Source: Candidatus Methanovirga meridionalis (GTDB taxonomy: Archaea; Methanobacteriota; Methanobacteria; Methanobacteriales; Methanobacteriaceae). Taken from it: DNA of 11,119 nucleotides. A model generated the notes under the pieces. That model saw only the letters and a list, made by a program, of their open reading frames with translations. It made no database searches and had not been told where the DNA came from. This document shows positions 6,709-11,119 of the stretch, piece after piece. The translations under genes and the position numbers were made by a program. The DNA is taken from assembly GCA_031289325.1 (NCBI GenBank), contig JAITPS010000248.1, forward strand, positions 1 to 11,119, given 5' to 3'. Within the stretch, counting starts at the first letter, position 1. Every line of letters begins with the position of its first letter.

Positions 6709-7674
6709 ATGGATCCAATAATAGTGATTATAGTATTTGTAATAGTAATTATCATTGCTGCAAGAGCATTAAATATTTTAAGACCTTATGAAAAGGGAGT
6801 TGTTGAAAGATTAGGTAAATATCAAAGGACTGTTGAAAGTGGTTTGACATTTGTAGTTCCTTTCATTGAAAAAATTAGAACTGTCGACCTTCGTGAACAA
6901 GTAGTCGATGTTCCACCTCAAGAAGTTATTACAAAAGATAATACTGTGGTTATTGTTGACTGTGTAATTTTCTATGAGGTTATAGACCCTTTTAATGCCG
7001 TTTATAATGTTGTTAACTTTTATCAAGCTATTACAAAATTAGCTCAAACTAATTTAAGAAATATTGTTGGTGATTTAGAACTTGACCAAACCCTAACATC
7101 AAGAGAAATGATCAATACTCATCTTCGCGATGTTCTTGATGAAGCCACTGATAAATGGGGAACTCGAGTTGTAAGAGTTGAAATTCAAAGAATTGAGCCT
7201 CCAAAAGATATTGTTGATGCAATGAGTAAGCAGATGAAAGCTGAAAGAATGAAACGAGCATCTATTTTAGAAGCAGAAGGGTATAAACAGTCTGAGATTA
7301 AAAGAGCTGAAGGGGATAAACAAGCAGCTATTCTTGAATCAGAAGGTCGAGCTGAAGCTATTAAAAAAGTAGCAGAAGCTAATAAATACAAAGAAATAGC
7401 CACTGCAGAAGGTGAAGCAAAAGCAAACCTATCTATTTACGAATCTATTCATAAAGGTAATCCTACGAACGAGTTAATAGCTATTAAATATTTAGAATCA
7501 CTTGAAAAAATAGCTGATGGTAATTCAACAAAAATATTCCTCCCAGCTGAACTTTCTGGAATTTTAGGCTCTGTTGGTACAATAGCAGATTTATTTAATA
7601 AAGAAGATTTTAGTAAAAAAATAGTAAATCCTGAAAATAAAGCAGAAAGAAATGAATCAAATGATAACAATTGA
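6709..7674 (+). CDS. SPFH/band-7 family membrane protein (stomatin/prohibitin-like)
   Basis: The N-terminus has a hydrophobic transmembrane segment IIVIIVFVIVIIIAARALNIL. A PHB/SPFH core follows (YEKGVVERLGKYQRTVESGLTFVVPF...ITKDNTVVIVDCVIFYEVIDP...). The tail is E/A/K-rich coiled-coil-like sequence (EAEGYKQSEIKRAEGDKQAAILESEGRAEAIKK). The SD GGTGAT precedes the ATG. Confidence 0.85.
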   Translation: MDPIIVIIVFVIVIIIAARALNILRPYEKGVVERLGKYQRTVESGLTFVVPFIEKIRTVDLREQVVDVPPQEVITKDNTVVIVDCVIFYEVIDPFNAVYNVVNFYQAITKLAQTNLRNIVGDLELDQTLTSREMINTHLRDVLDEATDKWGTRVVRVEIQRIEPPKDIVDAMSKQMKAERMKRASILEAEGYKQSEIKRAEGDKQAAILESEGRAEAIKKVAEANKYKEIATAEGEAKANLSIYESIHKGNPTNELIAIKYLESLEKIADGNSTKIFLPAELSGILGSVGTIADLFNKEDFSKKIVNPENKAERNESNDNN

Positions 7675-7785
7675 TTTCAATAATAACTCTCTTATCTATA
7701 ATTTAAACTAATCTTATTATTATAATTTAAGATTTATTTATTCTTTTATTATTAAAATATATTATTTAAAATATTAGGTGATTAA

Positions 7786-9024
7786 ATGAAAGGCATGATA
7801 TTAGTAATTGATGGTTTAGGAGATCGTCCAGTGGAAGAATTAAGTAATCAAACACCATTGCAAAAAGCTAAAACTCCAAACTTGGATAAAATGGCTGAAA
7901 ATGGAATTAATGGAATTATGGATTCTATAGCGCCTGGTATTCGTCCAGGTAGTGACACAGCCCATATAGCTATATTGGGTTATGATCCTTACACTGTTTA
8001 TACTGGTAGAGGTCCGTTTGAAGCATCTGGTGTTGGATTAGATATTAAAGCTGGAGATGTTGCTTTTAGATGTAATTTTTCTACTGTTAATGATGATTTC
8101 ATTGTTACGGATAGAAGAGCTGGAAGAATAAAGAAAGATACATCACCTCTCATTGAAAAACTAAATAAAATGACCATAGAAAGTTATGAAGATATTGAAA
8201 TAATATTTAAAGAATCAACTGGTCATAGAGCAGTTCTAGTTTTAAGAGGAGATGGTCTATCAGATGAAATATCTGATGGTGACCCAAAAATTGTAGGAAA
8301 ACCACCTAAAACAATTTATCCTACAAGTAATTCTCCTGATGCAGAAAAAACTGCTGATTTATTAAATAAAATTATTAAGGAATCTTATAAAATTCTTAAA
8401 AATCATCCATTAAATTTAAATAGGATTAAGAATAATGAACCCCCTGCTAACATTATAATTCCACGTGGTGTTGGTCTTGTTCCTGAAGTTGAAGAACTTA
8501 ATAAAAAGTATGGGATAAATTCTGCTTGCATTGCTGAAACTGGACTTATAATGGGAATTGCAAGATTTGCTGGGATGGATATTATTGAAGTTGAAGGTTC
8601 AACAGGCAGTGTAGATACAAACTTAGATAATTTTATAGATACTATTCTTAACACTGTAAACAATACCAACCATGACTTTCTATTAGTCAATATTAAGGGA
8701 GCAGATGAGTCAGGTCATGATGGTAATGCTAAAGAAAAAATGGAATTTATTGAAAAGATAGATGATGTAGTATTTAGTAAGATATCACAACTTCAAGATA
8801 TTGTTACAATTGTAACAGCTGACCACTCTACTCCAATCACTGTTAAAGATCATAGTGCAGATCCTGTTCCTATTCTTATATATGGAGAAGGTGTAAGAGT
8901 GGATGATGTTAAAAGATTCAATGAAATTGATTCTGTTAAAGGAGGGCTTTTAAGACTTAAAGGTTCTGATTTAATGAACATTCTTATGGATTTAATAGAC
9001 AATACCCATAAATTTGGTGCTTAA
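7786..9024 (+). CDS. apgM: 2,3-bisphosphoglycerate-independent phosphoglycerate mutase, archaeal form (ApgM)
   Basis: 412 aa. The N-terminus [12 protein letters not shown] and the internal motifs ([30 protein letters not shown]) match the archaeal iPGM metalloenzyme family. The SD AGGTGAT precedes the ATG. Confidence 0.85.
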   Translation: MKGMILVIDGLGDRPVEELSNQTPLQKAKTPNLDKMAENGINGIMDSIAPGIRPGSDTAHIAILGYDPYTVYTGRGPFEASGVGLDIKAGDVAFRCNFSTVNDDFIVTDRRAGRIKKDTSPLIEKLNKMTIESYEDIEIIFKESTGHRAVLVLRGDGLSDEISDGDPKIVGKPPKTIYPTSNSPDAEKTADLLNKIIKESYKILKNHPLNLNRIKNNEPPANIIIPRGVGLVPEVEELNKKYGINSACIAETGLIMGIARFAGMDIIEVEGSTGSVDTNLDNFIDTILNTVNNTNHDFLLVNIKGADESGHDGNAKEKMEFIEKIDDVVFSKISQLQDIVTIVTADHSTPITVKDHSADPVPILIYGEGVRVDDVKRFNEIDSVKGGLLRLKGSDLMNILMDLIDNTHKFGA

Positions 9025-9068
9025 AAATATTTAAAATATATCTAAATTTATATTAAATTGGTGAATTA

Positions 9069-10424
9069 ATGACCCATGAAAAACTTTTTGGAACTTCAGG
9101 TATTAGAGCTAAAATTGGAGATGTGATAAATGGAGAATTCGCTTTAAACATAGGTCGTGCTATAGCCACATACTTAGGTGGTGAGGGAAATGTTATAGTT
9201 GGTTATGATACCAGAACCAGCAACCAACTTCTTGAACATGGTATCACTGCGGGTTTAATTGAAAGAGGATGTAATGTTATTAAATTAGGCATGGTTCCAA
9301 CACCACTATCTGGATATGCTACATATAAACTTAAAGCAGATTCAGGAATAATGATAACGGCATCACATAATCCTTCCCCCTACAATGGAATTAAAATTTG
9401 GGATAAAAATGGAATGGCATACACTCAAGGAAAAGAAAAAGAAATTGAAAAAATTTATTTCTCAAAAAATTTTCAAGAATTAAAATGGGATAGAATTGGA
9501 AAAATATATGAAAACAAAATTATTCAAGAGGATTATATTAATAAACTATTAAATATAGTTAATATAAAAACAGGATTAAAGGTTGTAATCGATCCAGCAT
9601 CAGGAGCCGCATCATATTTATCCCCTTTGATTTTTAAACAGGCAGGTTGTGAAGTAATAACTTTAAACTCTCAAATAGATGGATTTTTCCCTGGCAGAAA
9701 TCCAGAACCAACTGAAGCTAACCTACAAGATCTAAAAAAAGCTGTTGTTGCTACAGATGCAGACATTGGAATAGCACATGATGGAGATGGAGATAGAATG
9801 ATTGCTGTAGATGATAAAGGGCGAGTATCTGACTTTGATAAACTTCTATCCATCATCTCAAAAAAATATGCTAAAAAGGGCACTATTATAACAACATTCG
9901 ATGCTGGAATGTGTGTAGATGATGTAGTTGAATCAGCTGGTGGGAAAGTTATACATACAAAAGTAGGAGATGTTTCAGTTGCTGAAGCTATTATAATGGA
10001 AAATGCAAGTTTTGGAGGAGAACCTTCTGGAACATGGATTCATCCAGAATTTTGTATGTGTCCAGATGGAATACTTTCTGGATTAAAAATTGCAGAAATA
10101 GTATCTCACGAAGGAAAATTGTCTGATTTATTAGATGCATTACCAAACTACCATAATATCCATGAAAAAGTTTTAGCAAATAAAGAAGAAAAAATATTTG
10201 TAATGAAAAGTCTTAAAAAAGATATTAAGAATGTTTTTACTAATATAAAAAATATAAATACTCTTGATGGAATTAGAGTAGAATTTAATGATAGTTGGGT
10301 TTTAATAAGACCTTCTGGAACAGAAGACTATATAAGAATAACCTTAGAAGGAAAAACTTTAGAAAGAGCAAATGAAATTAAAAAAACTTCAATTAATCTA
10401 ATTAAAAGCTATTTAAATAAATAA
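9069..10424 (+). CDS. Phosphohexomutase family protein, most likely phosphoglucosamine mutase (GlmM) or PMM/PGM
   Basis: 451 aa. It has an FGTSGIRAK N-terminus, the active-site serine loop ITASHNPSPYNGIKI, the metal-binding DADIGIAHDGDGDRM and the sugar-binding loop GEPSGT. These are the diagnostic alpha-D-phosphohexomutase motifs. The gene lies 44 bp downstream of apgM and has the SD GGTGA, so co-transcription with apgM is likely. Confidence 0.8.
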   Translation: MTHEKLFGTSGIRAKIGDVINGEFALNIGRAIATYLGGEGNVIVGYDTRTSNQLLEHGITAGLIERGCNVIKLGMVPTPLSGYATYKLKADSGIMITASHNPSPYNGIKIWDKNGMAYTQGKEKEIEKIYFSKNFQELKWDRIGKIYENKIIQEDYINKLLNIVNIKTGLKVVIDPASGAASYLSPLIFKQAGCEVITLNSQIDGFFPGRNPEPTEANLQDLKKAVVATDADIGIAHDGDGDRMIAVDDKGRVSDFDKLLSIISKKYAKKGTIITTFDAGMCVDDVVESAGGKVIHTKVGDVSVAEAIIMENASFGGEPSGTWIHPEFCMCPDGILSGLKIAEIVSHEGKLSDLLDALPNYHNIHEKVLANKEEKIFVMKSLKKDIKNVFTNIKNINTLDGIRVEFNDSWVLIRPSGTEDYIRITLEGKTLERANEIKKTSINLIKSYLNK

Positions 10425-10625
10425 ATAGATAAATAGATAATAAATTGTTGATTACGAAATGAATTTAGTTAATTAAATTGGTAGTGCAAAATTAGGATGG
10501 ATTTTTACAATTGAAAAATTAAAAACAAAAAAGTTTAATGACATGTGTATGATCTAAATTTTGTGATCTAATTTTTTCTATTAAACCCCCAAATTATGGA
10601 TTTTGAACTTCATCCTCTTTTTATA

Positions 10626-10885
10626 GTGCCATTATTATATGGTTATTATGAATAATTTTTTAAATTTTGAAGTATAAATTTTTTTATTTTTTTATTAAAT
10701 TATTTAATTTTAAATATTAATATATAAAAATCCATAATTTTAAATTTTAATTAATATTAATATATTTTAATTAATATAAACAATTTTAAATTAATATCTT
10801 TTAATAATACTTATTTTTAATAATACTTATTTTTAAAAAAAGTTATTTATTAAGAACTTTAACAAAACCACCGTAATATAACTCA
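10626..10885 (+). repeat. Copy C of the dispersed element: 5' block 10626-10720, array motifs 10741-10835, and 3' block with TTAAGAACTTT at 10850-10860
   Basis: Colinear with 122-420. The reverse complement of its 3' motif is an exact match to AAAGTTCTTAA at 138-148. Confidence 0.8.
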
Positions 10886-10998
10886 TTTATATTATTATAA
10901 ATAAAGTACAATTTTAAATAATAAAAGAAAATTAAAATCTTAAATTATAAGAGTTATTATTGCAAATAAATTTTTATATTATTTTAAAAACTTTAAAA

Positions 10999-11119
10999 TT
11001 GAAATTAAATGATTAGTAATTGAAATTAAATGATTAGTAATTGAAATTAAATGATTAATAATTAAAATTAAATGATTAGTAATTGAAATTAAATGATTAG
11101 TAATTGAAATTAAATGATT
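10999..11119. repeat. Tandem array of a 21-bp unit TTGAAATTAAATGATTAGTAA, at least 5.8 copies, truncated by the right window edge
   Basis: Units at 10999, 11020, 11041, 11062, 11083 and 11104. Units 3 and 4 each carry a single substitution. Confidence 0.95.

Overview
This is an 11.1-kb, very AT-rich window that looks like a methanogen chromosome of the Methanobacteriales type (Methanobrevibacter or Methanosphaera-like); the lineage is inferred from protein similarity and base composition only. It holds seven conserved housekeeping genes. On the minus strand: hdrC and hdrB (heterodisulfide reductase) preceded by a U32 peptidase gene. On the plus strand: archaeal type II GAPDH (gap), an SPFH/stomatin-family membrane protein, archaeal cofactor-independent phosphoglycerate mutase (apgM) and a GlmM-like phosphohexomutase. 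The coding content is ordinary. The unusual part is the non-coding DNA. A roughly 300-bp repeat family occurs four to five times in the window, always intergenic. Each copy has a conserved ~75-bp 5' block, an internal 20-bp-period AT-rich array, and a ~55-bp 3' block carrying an imperfect inverted copy of the 5' motif AAAGTTCTTAA. Satellite-like 15-, 20- and 21-bp tandem arrays sit next to these copies. The second notable item is hdrC, whose reading frame carries a ~160–175-aa Lys/Glu/Thr-rich low-complexity N-terminal extension ahead of a canonical 185-aa HdrC. That canonical part has its own strong internal Shine-Dalgarno and ATG. No CRISPR array, tRNA, rRNA or transposase gene is supported.
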